64,000 nucleotides of DNA, taken from a virus. Below the pieces are notes generated by a model. The model saw only the letters and a list, made by a program, of their open reading frames with translations, was not told the origin of the DNA and searched no databases. Below are positions 53,672 to 63,392 of this stretch, one piece after another (position 1 is the first letter of the stretch; every line of letters begins with the position of its first letter). The DNA is taken from IMG/VR virus record IMGVR_UViG_3300024265_000041, positions 20,256 to 84,255 of that record. One strand, written 5' to 3'. The position numbers and the translations under genes were made by a program.

Positions 53672-54175
53672 TTATAGAGTCTCTAGATATTTCTTCCAGT
53701 TTTTCCATGATTGACCTTCCATATCGATCGTCCCAGTTTTCTGTAACTCTTTAAAAGGCTCACTTTCCCTCCATTCCTCACGAGACCGTTGACTCTGTCG
53801 AGCCCCTTGTTTATTCTTAAACTTTTCTAAATCAATCTCCATCTCAATATTTTCTTCAAGACGTTCCCACCAGTTGTCACTAGGATTTCCAGAGATTGAT
53901 AAGGTTAAATTCCCGTCTTTTATACCTAACTGTAAAATCCATTTCCAACAATCTGAAGTACCCTCAGAGCCAAAGCCACAGTACCCATTTATTGCTATCA
54001 TAAAGGAGTCACCGCACTCCACATGCATCCCTTCAATACCCCTCCCCTGATTAGAGAATTTAAAACTTTTAGGGTAGGGATGCCCTCCAATTTTTAAACC
54101 AGTGAACCCCATTTCAGCAGCTTTATCTAAAGCCGATAGACTACATATTTTAACTTGATCTTTTTCTTTTTTCAT
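53672..54175 (-). CDS. Hypothetical protein
   Basis: Coupled ORF. Confidence 0.55.
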   Translation of the reverse strand: MKKEKDQVKICSLSALDKAAEMGFTGLKIGGHPYPKSFKFSNQGRGIEGMHVECGDSFMIAINGYCGFGSEGTSDCWKWILQLGIKDGNLTLSISGNPSDNWWERLEENIEMEIDLEKFKNKQGARQSQRSREEWRESEPFKELQKTGTIDMEGQSWKNWKKYLETL

Positions 54176-54408
54176 TTAATTACTCTCATGCCTGTACTGG
54201 TTACACTTAATGGACACCATTTTGGTATTTTCTGATTTTCGGGGATACTGGCAGTTATAATTCCATGAGACTCCCCTACTTCGTATGGTATTGTCTTACT
54301 TTTGCTCCCGTGGTTACAAACAGGTATGTAACTAACTTTTGCAAACCCTCCACGATGCCCCTCATGTGGGCACTGGGAGCAGTGAGTTATTTCGATAAAT
54401 ACAGACAT
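54172..54408 (-). CDS. Small Cys-rich protein
   Basis: CSQCP...C...IPKWCPL. Confidence 0.6.
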   Translation of the reverse strand: MSVFIEITHCSQCPHEGHRGGFAKVSYIPVCNHGSKSKTIPYEVGESHGIITASIPENQKIPKWCPLSVTSTGMRVIK

Positions 54409-54445
54409 GCTTCTGCCCTCTGTTGCTAATTATTTATAGCCAAAC

Positions 54446-55537
54446 TTATTCAGCTTTTGGATCGCATTTTTCCCACGAGTCATCTATCTGACCATACGCG
54501 CCCCTACTAACTCTTTCTCTGGCCTCCTGCGCTACTTTGTCCATGTCTGCCTGAGTAAAATTTGCAGGGACAGATACTGTTCCTGAGTACTCTAAGCGAA
54601 TATATGCCGTCAGAGTTATGGTAATTTTCTTTTCTTCTGAGTCCAATTTTCTACCAAGGTTACGCAATCGTCTGACTTCCTCGTCTACAATGGTTTTAAT
54701 TTCACTTCCCCTTTTCAATCGCCCCAGTTGTTGATCGTATTGATTACCCTTGTGAATGAGAATTGCATTCTTATCAGACGGTTCGGTGCCGTAGGTTATT
54801 TCCTTAGCAACCCCCAGCCTATTATCATGAAAGATATCACTGTCTCTAAATAATAGTACATTGCCCGGTATTTTTAAACCTAACTTAATGTCAGAAAAAC
54901 TACCTGGAAAATGAGAAAACACGAACCAGTTTTCAGGGATGTTCTTCTCATAAAATGACCCTTTACATTCCAGGTAAGCACTCAGGGCGTTATAGCTTAA
55001 GGTTGTGTGGGTCTCTATAACCCTCGATTCTTCATCGACCACTCCAGTTATGTATACCCCATAATCTTTAGATAACCGCTCCAGAATAGTTGTATTCGGG
55101 TTTTCCTTCTATTTTTTACCCACAAGGGTAGCAGTTTTTGTTGTGCCGTCGTAGTCTGTAACTGAAACTAATGCACGTTCCGTAGTGTGATCAAGATTAT
55201 GGTCTTTCATTACTTCCCAATACCCTGGTATCACACTAGGGTACATCTCACGCCCTTTATCGTCCGTAATTCTGTCCCCAATCATTTTGTAAATCTGCCC
55301 CTTAGTGACTCTATTAGTGGTTCTGCCCGTTCGTTTTATAACCCTATCCATTTTGATTTTCCTCATGGCCAAACCGAATTCTCTCAACGCTGCGTTGGCC
55401 CTTTCCGCAGTCGATGATAAATCTTTAACTCTCTTCATGTTTTCTTCAAAAGCCCTAAGACGCTGCATATGTTTAGGGAACACAGTAGCTATTACTGCCG
55501 CTTGAGGAAAACTAAGTTTAGGGAATTTATATTTCAC
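54446..55537 (-). pseudogene. Two in-frame ORFs (55109-55537 and 54446-55042) separated by a single TAG
   Basis: After TAG (55109-55111) the frame continues KENPNTTILERLSKDYGVYITG straight into the downstream ORF, which lacks a well-spaced RBS. Confidence 0.5.
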
Positions 55538-55556
55538 TTTACTTCAATCCTGTTAC

Positions 55557-56124
55557 TTACAATTGATCCTGCTCTGACATTGAAACAACTTCATGCCCAG
55601 CCACTATTAAGTGATCTAACACTGTAACATCTATGACCCTTAATATATCCTTCAATTTTTTAGTGATATGTACGTCAGGCCCACTTGCTTCAGCTACCCC
55701 GCTGGGGTGGTTGTGGGCCAGGATTACAGCTGAAGCATTCAATTTCAAAGATCGTTTTACTATCACCCTTGGGTGGACTGAGGATGAGCTAATCGTTCCA
55801 TGAAACTCCTCTATGTATTCTATCAAGCTATGCTGATTATCAAGATAGAATACTGCAAAATGTTCAGAATTCCTGAGGGAATAATAAAGTCCCGCCCTTA
55901 ACCTCTTTCAGGTATTCTTCTAAAGCGGTTTTGGCGATCACCAACTCTTCTAGTGTCTCATACCCCTTCCCAGGGGTTAATTGGACAATTAACCCGCGAC
56001 TGAAAACTTCCCAATTAATGTTTCTTTCGATTATTAATTCAATGTCGTTTTGAGCTTTACGTTTCAATCTGTCTGAGATTTCGATGTTCTCAAGTGACAC
56101 AAATAACTGATATAAAATTTTCAT
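55557..56124 (-). pseudogene. radC: RadC-like JAB/MPN protein split by a frameshift
   Basis: EHFAVFYLDNQHSLI..EEFHGT...VHPR...A.AVILAHNHPSG...S..D...T..L......V.VLDHLIV; the N-terminal part lies in the 55864-56124 frame. Confidence 0.7.
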
Positions 56125-56483
56125 TTTGTTACTCCTTTCTCATACTGCTCCACTAGTTCCTTAACGTCATGTAGGTATAGATAATCACTTGACCCACTGT
56201 GCATTGACGCAAGAACAACAGGGCTCGGTGATATAAGAAATGCTTCCGGCTTTACCCCCTTAAGGAACTCCTTAAACATCTCGTATAACTTTTCAGTAAC
56301 TACCCCTTTAGAGGCTTCGATAACGTCCCTCTCGTGGGCAATTAATGTGTTAACCTGCCAAACAGGTTCATTCAAAATTACTTTTGGGAGACCTCCTAAA
56401 AATTCATCCAAATCCTGCTCTAAATCCCAGCCGTACCTAAGCGCTGTTTCAATTGCTACGTGATAGAAGAATGATTTTTTCAT
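56121..56483 (-). CDS. Hypothetical protein
   Basis: GAGG RBS. Confidence 0.55.
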   Translation of the reverse strand: MKKSFFYHVAIETALRYGWDLEQDLDEFLGGLPKVILNEPVWQVNTLIAHERDVIEASKGVVTEKLYEMFKEFLKGVKPEAFLISPSPVVLASMHSGSSDYLYLHDVKELVEQYEKGVTK

Positions 56484-56510
56484 AAAATTTCCTCAGACCT
56501 GTTATGTCCC

Positions 56511-56723
56511 TTAGAGTTTAACTTCTACCCAATTGGCGTTCACTTCTATATCAGACAAAGACCCGTTTTGTCGTTCACGCTCTAACGCCCACAAAACATT
56601 TCTTTTCAACATTTCTTTGTCTATCTTAGCTTCACACCTAACGTCGTACTCAACTGTCACTGAGAAGGTGAGCCTCTTTTTCATCTTCTGAGTTTTTTCT
56701 ATATGAGGGTTAGACCTACTCAT
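56511..56723 (-). CDS. Hypothetical protein
   Basis: GGAG RBS. Confidence 0.5.
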   Translation of the reverse strand: MSRSNPHIEKTQKMKKRLTFSVTVEYDVRCEAKIDKEMLKRNVLWALERERQNGSLSDIEVNANWVEVKL

Positions 56724-56783
56724 GTTTTTTCTCCGCCATACTTCTAATTGCGGGTTTGGTATGATTAAAAAATGATTGTTTCA

Positions 56784-56996
56784 TTAGATTTCTCCCTTAA
56801 GTGTATCGTCAATATTAGCGTCGTTTAACCATTCAAGATCTTCATCATTATTCAAATCCCAAATGACGAAACTACCGTGAATATCTTCATGCCCAATATG
56901 ATATTTATACTCACGACAAAGTTCATTAACCTTCTCCATGAACTCATCAATTTTAGGAGACTCTACATAGTCACCAACTCTACAATCAAAGCGCAT
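56784..56996 (-). CDS. Hypothetical protein
   Basis: F...V..LC..Y...I.HED.HG.F. Confidence 0.6.
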   Translation of the reverse strand: MRFDCRVGDYVESPKIDEFMEKVNELCREYKYHIGHEDIHGSFVIWDLNNDEDLEWLNDANIDDTLKGEI

Positions 56997-57036
56997 TACA
57001 TTTACCTTCAGGTTGACAAGGAATTAGAATTAGGAG

Positions 57037-57264
57037 CTATCTTTTAACTTTCCTAATGCAACATTTTTTAAATTTTTTGCCGCTCCTACATGGGCATGGA
57101 TCGTTCCTGCCGATTTTCATTCTCCCCTTTACTGAGTACCCCATAGACTTCTTCTCTTTCGCCGCCTTATCCATAGCCTCCATTAATTTTTCCTGGCTTT
57201 TAGATTCAAAATAATCTGGGTCAATTTCTTTAAGAAAACTCTCGTCTGGTGTATATAATTGCAT
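57037..57264 (-). CDS. SEC-C motif protein
   Basis: [20 protein letters not shown]. Confidence 0.85.
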   Translation of the reverse strand: MQLYTPDESFLKEIDPDYFESKSQEKLMEAMDKAAKEKKSMGYSVKGRMKIGRNDPCPCRSGKKFKKCCIRKVKR

Positions 57265-57306
57265 TTTACTTCTCCGCTAAATTGTTTTTAAGCTATACTT
57301 TCACCC

Positions 57307-57339
57307 AAAAAGCCCAATCCTCGAAAGGGTATGGGCTTT
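57307..57339 (-). terminator. Rho-independent terminator
   Basis: AAAGCCCA..CCT-TTCG-AGG..TGGGC-TTTTT on minus strand. Confidence 0.7.
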
Positions 57340-57353
57340 GACTTTATGTCGCT

Positions 57354-57629
57354 CTAATTTATATTGGTCCCATACACTGTCCAAATCCAGTGCGGTCTTA
57401 CCTCATTCCCCACTTCTCCTAGTTTTAGTTTGGGCGGGTCGTGGCTGTTTCGCTCTGATTCAGGCGCTACCTCCTGAGTGTCTATAAATTTTGGAGCTTT
57501 ATTACAAGGTTTGATTTTGTAGAGTAAATATAATCCCAGACGACTCAGGCGAGTCTTCCACTTGACGGAAATACCTAGCACCCCTAAGGTCAATAAAAAT
57601 AAAATATAAGACGCTATAGATTTATACAC
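57354..57629 (-). CDS. Hypothetical membrane protein
   Basis: GGGGAG RBS; N-terminal TM. Confidence 0.5.
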   Translation of the reverse strand: MYKSIASYILFLLTLGVLGISVKWKTRLSRLGLYLLYKIKPCNKAPKFIDTQEVAPESERNSHDPPKLKLGEVGNEVRPHWIWTVYGTNIN

Positions 57630-57645
57630 TTTAACTCCCCTGCTA

Positions 57646-58041
57646 TTAGTCTAACTGATAATAGATTTCACCGTCATGTCTATAAAACATTTGTCCTGAG
57701 CATTGTCCAGACTCCCACTCTTTCTTATAGAGTTCCCAGTCTTTATTTGTCAGGCCTTCACTAGATCGAATATCGCCAGAAACAAATTGAATAAACAAAG
57801 CATCCAGCTCGACAACCTGCCACGAATTAATCTGGTCATCTGTCCAAGCTCCAAAGGCTCTAACATGATCACGAAACGCCTGCTGCTTTTCAACCGTATC
57901 TAAAAATTGATATTCATCTTCCGCAGCTTCTATCGCATATTTCCAGGTATAAGCTCCAGCGTTCTGGCCCATTTCTGCCACACTTGAACAGAAGTCAGAA
58001 GGTTCTGCTTCATTAAAAAATTTTGTTATATTAATTTCCAT
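57646..58041 (-). CDS. Hypothetical protein (start moved to ATG 58041)
   Basis: GGAGG RBS; MEINIT.FF...SVAE.G.NAG..TW. Confidence 0.6.
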   Translation of the reverse strand: MEINITKFFNEAEPSDFCSSVAEMGQNAGAYTWKYAIEAAEDEYQFLDTVEKQQAFRDHVRAFGAWTDDQINSWQVVELDALFIQFVSGDIRSSEGLTNKDWELYKKEWESGQCSGQMFYRHDGEIYYQLD

Positions 58042-58255
58042 TCCAATTCCCTCCCCACGTTCCCTTCCACTCTTCAGGCGGAGGACTGTGATACGCTTTA
58101 ATTTTCTCAAATTGCTCTATGCTAAGACCATCCCCACGATGGCGAACTCCTACCGCTCTGGCATCTGCTCGTCTAACTAAACTCTCTCGGCAGAAACAAC
58201 ATAGACCATCATAGGAGCTGGCATAACCTTTACCGCATTTGCACTTTAGACCCAC
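58031..58255 (-). CDS. Small Zn-finger protein
   Basis: CKCG...DGLC.FC. Confidence 0.55.
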   Translation of the reverse strand: MGLKCKCGKGYASSYDGLCCFCRESLVRRADARAVGVRHRGDGLSIEQFEKIKAYHSPPPEEWKGTWGGNWNGN

Positions 58256-58291
58256 TAGTTCACTCCTTCCTGTATTCCAGCTGCTTGATTA

Positions 58292-58558
58292 CTACCTCGC
58301 AATTCTCTCCAATATTGAGATATTTATAGAGTTTCCTTTTTCGGATTTCTCTACTTTAACCGTGACGTCCCTTTGGTTATCTGTCTTATGACTTCTCACA
58401 TAAGTGTAGGTATCCCTTCCGTCACCGTTTATCGGCGGGTGTTTACAATAAATAGGTTGCCCAGGGAACTTAAGATCAAGTACTTTTCGTATAGCCCCAT
58501 CCCAAGTTCCACAGTCTTCTCCGCAGATCCCAACGTAAATTTCTCTAACTTTATACAT
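58292..58558 (-). CDS. Hypothetical protein
   Basis: Coupled ORF. Confidence 0.5.
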   Translation of the reverse strand: MYKVREIYVGICGEDCGTWDGAIRKVLDLKFPGQPIYCKHPPINGDGRDTYTYVRSHKTDNQRDVTVKVEKSEKGNSINISILERIAR

Positions 58559-59085
58559 TATGCTTTATCGTACCACTCATCCCTTAACGGAAGAAATTCC
58601 GTATTAAACTCATAGACTAAAGGTACTCGACCATAAAACCTAACGTAATCAAACAGAACCTTAGCCGCAATTCCTTTGACTAGTTCATACTGATAAACTC
58701 CCGGACAGTTTCTCTCTATTCTTTCAGAATACAATCTTTCAAGTTCTACAGCCAGTGGGTAGCATTCCCAGACAAGTTCATCAAACCCAATACCACTATG
58801 AATATTAGTAAAAAATATAGGGAGAGTTCCAACACGGTGATTAAATCCGTCGATTAAAAATGATAGAGTTATTGCAACCCCTCTGCTGTTGCCTATAACC
58901 TTAGGATCCTCCTTCTGTCCTACCTTCCCAGAAACCTCGATAGTCAAATACTTACCATAGGCTTCATCAGCATACTTCTGGATATTTGTCCGGGCGTCAG
59001 AACTAGAATCCTTTCTGTTTTCCCAGATTCTTTTTTCTAGAATAGTGCCGCCTTGAATGATACTGAATAAATACTGAAATATCAC
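58558..59085 (-). CDS. Hypothetical protein
   Basis: AGGAG RBS; PGVYQYE motif. Confidence 0.55.
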   Translation of the reverse strand: MIFQYLFSIIQGGTILEKRIWENRKDSSSDARTNIQKYADEAYGKYLTIEVSGKVGQKEDPKVIGNSRGVAITLSFLIDGFNHRVGTLPIFFTNIHSGIGFDELVWECYPLAVELERLYSERIERNCPGVYQYELVKGIAAKVLFDYVRFYGRVPLVYEFNTEFLPLRDEWYDKA

Positions 59086-59486
59086 GATTTCTCTCCTAAG
59101 TCAGACTCAGGTGGCTCCATCCCTCTCAGAGCACTAATAACCTCAGGTTCAACAAAGGCCATCGGCCCATTGGGACAGGGGACATTAAATATATTGTGGA
59201 ACACTGATCTTTTCAGGTGAGCAACTTCCCCAGTCCGGTGAGCCTCTTCTGGATTTAAGTTTCCGTTCGGAAGAGGGTCACCAGATTTTTCTGGGTCGGC
59301 TCCTACTAAGGCAATAAACCCATCGTCAAATAATTTTTGATGTTCCTGACATAACCCAGGTCCGGTGCAAGTAGTATTTTCAAATTTGTCTCGCAATCCT
59401 CTGTCCATCAAAATTGCCCCTGATTCCTTCTCTGAGCCACAAATTATGCAAAACACAGTTTCCATTGTTACGTATGATTTACCCAT
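59082..59486 (-). CDS. Phage Zn-binding hypothetical protein
   Basis: KSYV.ME...C..CG...GLC.EH.K....G.IAL...RTG. Confidence 0.65.
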   Translation of the reverse strand: MGKSYVTMETVFCIICGSEKESGAILMDRGLRDKFENTTCTGPGLCQEHQKLFDDGFIALVGADPEKSGDPLPNGNLNPEEAHRTGEVAHLKRSVFHNIFNVPCPNGPMAFVEPEVISALRGMEPPESDLGEKS

Positions 59487-59500
59487 GATCTTATCCTGTT

Positions 59501-59521
59501 TGTTTCGTACATTTGTACGAA
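59501..59521. promoter_or_regulatory. Palindromic element, copy 1
   Basis: TGTTTCGTACATTTGTACGAA, identical to 63715-63735. Confidence 0.65.
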
Positions 59522-59567
59522 GGTTATTAACTCAATAAAGTTTTAAAAATATCAGTAATTGAAGGCA

Positions 59568-59801
59568 TTATTTTGATTTTCTCTTGTGGTCATCCTTAGC
59601 TTCACGACGCAACTCTCTAACCATTGAACAGAAATCTTCCAGACTAGCAAGATTTAGGATGATTGTATCTTCTTGTTGTTCCAGACAGATTAAATCATTA
59701 GCATCCAATGAAGCTGCTACTGCCGGTTCCGGCAAAGCGAGCTCTTCATCCTCCTTTTGCCAGAGAACTTTTGCATGTCTATATAATATTGTATGACTCA
59801 T
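59568..59801 (-). CDS. Hypothetical protein
   Basis: GGGGAG RBS. Confidence 0.5.
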   Translation of the reverse strand: MSHTILYRHAKVLWQKEDEELALPEPAVAASLDANDLICLEQQEDTIILNLASLEDFCSMVRELRREAKDDHKRKSK

Positions 59802-59817
59802 TCTACTCCCCTAATTT

Positions 59818-60082
59818 TTACCTGTGCATAGTTATATATACAAACTTCCCGTAGCAAAAAGTTTTAAGTTTTCCAGTGTCTTCGTCGTACTCCAACGAAT
59901 TAATTACGTGACAATCAAGTAATTCGAAATCCGGCTGATCTTCAAACTCTTAGGATTGGGGACTCTTTCTCGATTTGATCAGCCGAAAAAATAGTTAGAT
60001 GAGTAGAAGACCAGCGAAAATTAACCGTTATGTAGGTCATCAACTTAACTTTTTTGTGGTACATTTCTACTAACTTATCCAT
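59818..60082 (-). pseudogene. Frameshifted paralogue of the C-terminal domain of 60082-60555
   Basis: IEKESPILR|EFED...HV...YDEDTGKLKTFCYG versus IENKGSPIC.AEFDD...HV...Y.EETGKLSTFYCG; 265 nt, one frameshift near 59950. Confidence 0.65.
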
Positions 60083-60555
60083 TATTTAAACCCCTTACCT
60101 AACTCTAAAACAATAGGTGTCCCGCAGTAAAAGGTAGATAACTTACCCGTCTCCTCAACATAGTAAGTCGCAGCTAATACGTGTTCTATGTATAATTTAA
60201 AAGTGGTACCGTCATCAAACTCTGCCACACAAATTGGGGAGCCTTTATTCTCAATATCTTCAAGAGAATTGATATGAAGGTGGTTCGACGTAATATTGTT
60301 GATAACCAATACCTTAGCTAAATGAAGTTTTTGGTAAAACTTCTCCATTACTGTAAACTCCGGTTCTTTTTCTGATTCAGACCAACCCATATCCCTTAAA
60401 ACTTCCTCTGGATCAAGTTCTTCCCCTTCTTTTTGATGTCCTAAATAAAGGAAAATTAACCTGTCTCCTTTATTCCTAGCTTTTAACCCATACTCAGTTG
60501 TACCGTCTTTAACTTTAGCCGTTGTCATTGGGCATATACTTCCACGTTTAATCAT
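60082..60555 (-). CDS. Hypothetical two-domain protein
   Basis: Coupled ORF. Confidence 0.55.
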   Translation of the reverse strand: MIKRGSICPMTTAKVKDGTTEYGLKARNKGDRLIFLYLGHQKEGEELDPEEVLRDMGWSESEKEPEFTVMEKFYQKLHLAKVLVINNITSNHLHINSLEDIENKGSPICVAEFDDGTTFKLYIEHVLAATYYVEETGKLSTFYCGTPIVLELGKGFK

Positions 60556-60848
60556 CAGATCTTATACTCCGTTATAAACCTATTACTCTGCCTGCTGGTT
60601 GTCTTCTCCCCATATCCGTACTTCAATAGAACTGACTTAATGTCAGCCACCATCTCGTCTATGGTTTCTTCTTTTTCGTCCTCTTTAAAAGAGATTATTA
60701 CCTTCAAGGCTGGCCACCTTCTAGCCCCACCGTAAAACTTTGGGCCGCTTCCGTTAATATGTTCTCTAAGTTCTATTTCAGCAGCATCTTTTGAACGCCA
60801 ACCCCTAGCCATTACCCCTGACAGCTCTATTAGCTCATTTATTTTCAT
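60555..60848 (-). CDS. Hypothetical protein
   Basis: AGGAG RBS. Confidence 0.5.
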   Translation of the reverse strand: MKINELIELSGVMARGWRSKDAAEIELREHINGSGPKFYGGARRWPALKVIISFKEDEKEETIDEMVADIKSVLLKYGYGEKTTSRQSNRFITEYKI

Positions 60849-60852
60849 TGCT

Positions 60853-61041
60853 TTACTCCTGTATGTGAGAAACCTGAGGTAATAGCGAATCTAATTGATC
60901 TGCCATTTCTATAAAATCAATTTCTTCGTGTCTAGGGTCACTCTCGTTCATTTCACGAATTTTATTTTCAGCTTTCATCCCGTCCACCCTGACCATTATA
61001 GCCATAGCTTGAATTTGTATTTCTAAATTAGTTGGGCTCAT
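60853..61041 (-). CDS. Hypothetical protein
   Basis: V.GM.AEN..R... Confidence 0.5.
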   Translation of the reverse strand: MSPTNLEIQIQAMAIMVRVDGMKAENKIREMNESDPRHEEIDFIEMADQLDSLLPQVSHIQE

Positions 61042-61351
61042 CGGTACTCCTTAGTCTTTTACAATTTTTCTCGTCAGTCTTAATCAAACGACTGCCGTAC
61101 TCGAAAGCCAAAGATCCATCATCTTGATAACGGGTTATTTTCTTCCCCTGCCCTACTCCTTCAATCCTTGAATACCTTTTTTCCTCTATACTAATTGACT
61201 CCACACAGTCTCCGATTTTGAGTGGTTCTTTTTCACTTCCTTCCTCAGGCAAAAATAATATTAAAATAAGCCCAAAAATTATTGCTATATACAGTAGACA
61301 TATTGATGTTATGACTCGTTCAATGTCACTTAAGTTTTTAGAATTCATCAT
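61028..61351 (-). CDS. Hypothetical membrane protein
   Basis: N-terminal TM; KIGDC. Confidence 0.5.
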   Translation of the reverse strand: MMNSKNLSDIERVITSICLLYIAIIFGLILILFLPEEGSEKEPLKIGDCVESISIEEKRYSRIEGVGQGKKITRYQDDGSLAFEYGSRLIKTDEKNCKRLRSTDEPN

Positions 61352-61611
61352 ATCCTATCCTCTTGAGTGTCATAGATATTCATCCAATGCTTACTGGTAA
61401 GCCCTTCTACTCCTTCAAGATGTTCTACCACCGTCCAGATATCGAAGTCCCCATTGTCGTCGGTGAATTCTTTTATCTTGTTGTCCAGAATTTCGTCCAG
61501 ATCATCAAACTCAATGTCTATGTCTGGTATGTTTTTCTCTTGTTCAATCTGACGTTTAGCCATAACCAAACCTTCGTGCTTAGGAACACAAAGAAAATCT
61601 AATTTCCCCAT
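61348..61611 (-). CDS. Acidic hypothetical protein
   Basis: AGGAG RBS. Confidence 0.5.
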   Translation of the reverse strand: MGKLDFLCVPKHEGLVMAKRQIEQEKNIPDIDIEFDDLDEILDNKIKEFTDDNGDFDIWTVVEHLEGVEGLTSKHWMNIYDTQEDRI

Positions 61612-61676
61612 CTATCTTCTCCTTTTCTTTTGAGTTTATCCTGGAGGTGGACAACAGCATCACACTCTACCTGGAG

Positions 61677-61940
61677 TTAATTTTTGAGAGATACTTTTTC
61701 CTTATTCAGAGTGGCTACATACCTTCTCAGCCTCACATAAGCGACCGTGATATAGGAGTAAATTAAAGAGTCTGCTCCACCTGTCACTCCTAAGGATCTA
61801 GGGTTTTGCCCTACAGCGAACGCCCTGTACTTATCCAGTTGTGCTGCTAACTCATCCCTTTCTTTTTTCAGCCGGTCGCAGGTTTTACCTAGAAAATTTA
61901 TTTTCCCTTGGTAATGTAGAATTGATTTTCCTTCACTCAT
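61677..61940 (-). CDS. Hypothetical protein (start moved to ATG 61940)
   Basis: GAGG RBS; overlaps upstream stop. Confidence 0.45.
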   Translation of the reverse strand: MSEGKSILHYQGKINFLGKTCDRLKKERDELAAQLDKYRAFAVGQNPRSLGVTGGADSLIYSYITVAYVRLRRYVATLNKEKVSLKN

Positions 61941-62145
61941 CCTCATCCCTCCAGAGCCCATCACTTTCAATAAGGTTGCGGTATTTAATAATGTCTTCAG
62001 GGTCAAAATCACGATGGCTGGGAAACTCCTGGCCGGTTTCGAGGTTAGTGTTCTGACCATAGACACACAGCCCAAGCTCCTGCTCAAGGTATTCAATCAC
62101 CTTTAGGATCGTTTTATTTTGTGGCCTGTAGTTTTCCTTTGTCAT
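61933..62145 (-). CDS. Hypothetical protein
   Basis: GAGG RBS. Confidence 0.45.
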   Translation of the reverse strand: MTKENYRPQNKTILKVIEYLEQELGLCVYGQNTNLETGQEFPSHRDFDPEDIIKYRNLIESDGLWRDEDE

Positions 62146-62452
62146 ACCCTAACCTCTTAACTTCGTCACTAAAAATGTTTAACTTCTCGATAACTATTTG
62201 ATGTTTCAATAAAATACCTTTCCTAACTGAATCCTGGGTAGTTGGCCCCATGTCCTCCAGCGCATTTTCAAAAAGCTTCCCTTCCGCTAGAAGTAATTTC
62301 ATCTCCAAAACAATTTGACTTAGATAGACAGGGATAGCTAGATTACCACCTCTGAACAGCCCCGAGGATTTCATAATTATACTAATCTTGGCCATTTGTT
62401 CTATTTGTTTTTTAGAAAGTTTATTGCTCACAGGACCTCCTATACTCATCAT
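62114..62452 (-). CDS. Hypothetical protein
   Basis: ORF in operon; start uncertain. Confidence 0.45.
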   Translation of the reverse strand: MMSIGGPVSNKLSKKQIEQMAKISIIMKSSGLFRGGNLAIPVYLSQIVLEMKLLLAEGKLFENALEDMGPTTQDSVRKGILLKHQIVIEKLNIFSDEVKRLGYDKGKLQATK

Positions 62453-62696
62453 TTATTGTCACTCTAGACAAAATTAATTCTTCGTTCCTTTCTCCCATCG
62501 TCAAATCAATTTGAATCCACATAGCCGACTTTAAGGCTAAAAACTGATCCTTGGGAAGATAACAATTGAATTCAGATTCCAACATTTTTGCAACCTGAGG
62601 GTGTGAATACCCCTTACATAGCATATCTGCTAATCGATCCCACAATTCTTTTTGATTGTGGGGGTAAACCACATTTACAGACTCAAGTCTTTTCAT
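62421..62696 (-). CDS. Hypothetical protein
   Basis: AGGA RBS. Confidence 0.45.
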   Translation of the reverse strand: MKRLESVNVVYPHNQKELWDRLADMLCKGYSHPQVAKMLESEFNCYLPKDQFLALKSAMWIQIDLTMGERNEELILSRVTINDEYRRSCEQ

Positions 62697-62719
62697 CAGT
62701 TTTCCTTTTAGGATCTAGT

Positions 62720-62917
62720 CTAAAATCGATTAACTAAAATAATTTTCTTCGGTACTTTTGGACAAACTACAACAAGGATGGACTCCCCTAATTCGTTTTG
62801 GTTTTCATCTATTGCAAATATACCTAACCCGTTGCTTAAGCAATAAGGACAACATAGGTTTTCATAAACCTCCTTAGCTTTCCAAGGTTCTCCGCAAACT
62901 GCACAATGGAAGTTCAT
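62720..62917 (-). CDS. Small Zn-ribbon protein
   Basis: CAVCGEPW...CPYC. Confidence 0.55.
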   Translation of the reverse strand: MNFHCAVCGEPWKAKEVYENLCCPYCLSNGLGIFAIDENQNELGESILVVVCPKVPKKIILVNRF

Positions 62918-62993
62918 AACAATTTACTCCTATTCATGCTCCCGTTTTGATCTGTTTATTTTACCCTTTAGCTAATATATTGAATGCAACTTT

Positions 62994-63392
62994 TCATCCG
63001 TGGCAGTATTCCCACATGTCAGCTAAAGTATAGCTATAATTCTGTTGTCCGTTTTCATAAAACTGCAAAGAATCTAACCTAGCATCGCGTTTTAAGACGG
63101 CCTTACTACACCCGCTCTTATCGTTTGGTGATCGAGGGAAAAATGATTTAAGTTGAGGGTGTAACCAGTTTTTAAACCAGTAAAAAACAACGTCCTCATC
63201 CTGCATATAAAGCAAAACTTCTCGGTTAGGAACTTGACGAGTTTCCAGGTCTATCAACTTGTTCTTAATAGCCTCCTTTGAAATACCAGAGTATTCAATC
63301 TTGTTAAAGATGTCGTAAACTAAGTCAAAAACTTTTCGACATTCCTCCTCTGTATGAGGCCTTTTCAAGGTGTTAAGGTCGACGGTTTTCAT
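62994..63392 (-). CDS. Hypothetical protein
   Basis: GGAG RBS; ATGA overlap. Confidence 0.5.
   Translation of the reverse strand: MKTVDLNTLKRPHTEEECRKVFDLVYDIFNKIEYSGISKEAIKNKLIDLETRQVPNREVLLYMQDEDVVFYWFKNWLHPQLKSFFPRSPNDKSGCSKAVLKRDARLDSLQFYENGQQNYSYTLADMWEYCHG

Noticed and set aside
468-62056. Many short opposite-strand or out-of-frame ORFs in the track (e.g. 5674-6111, 24499-24999, 49434-49784)
   Set aside because: They are shadows of well-supported genes, without RBS or motifs. The o-spanin overlap is the exception and was kept.
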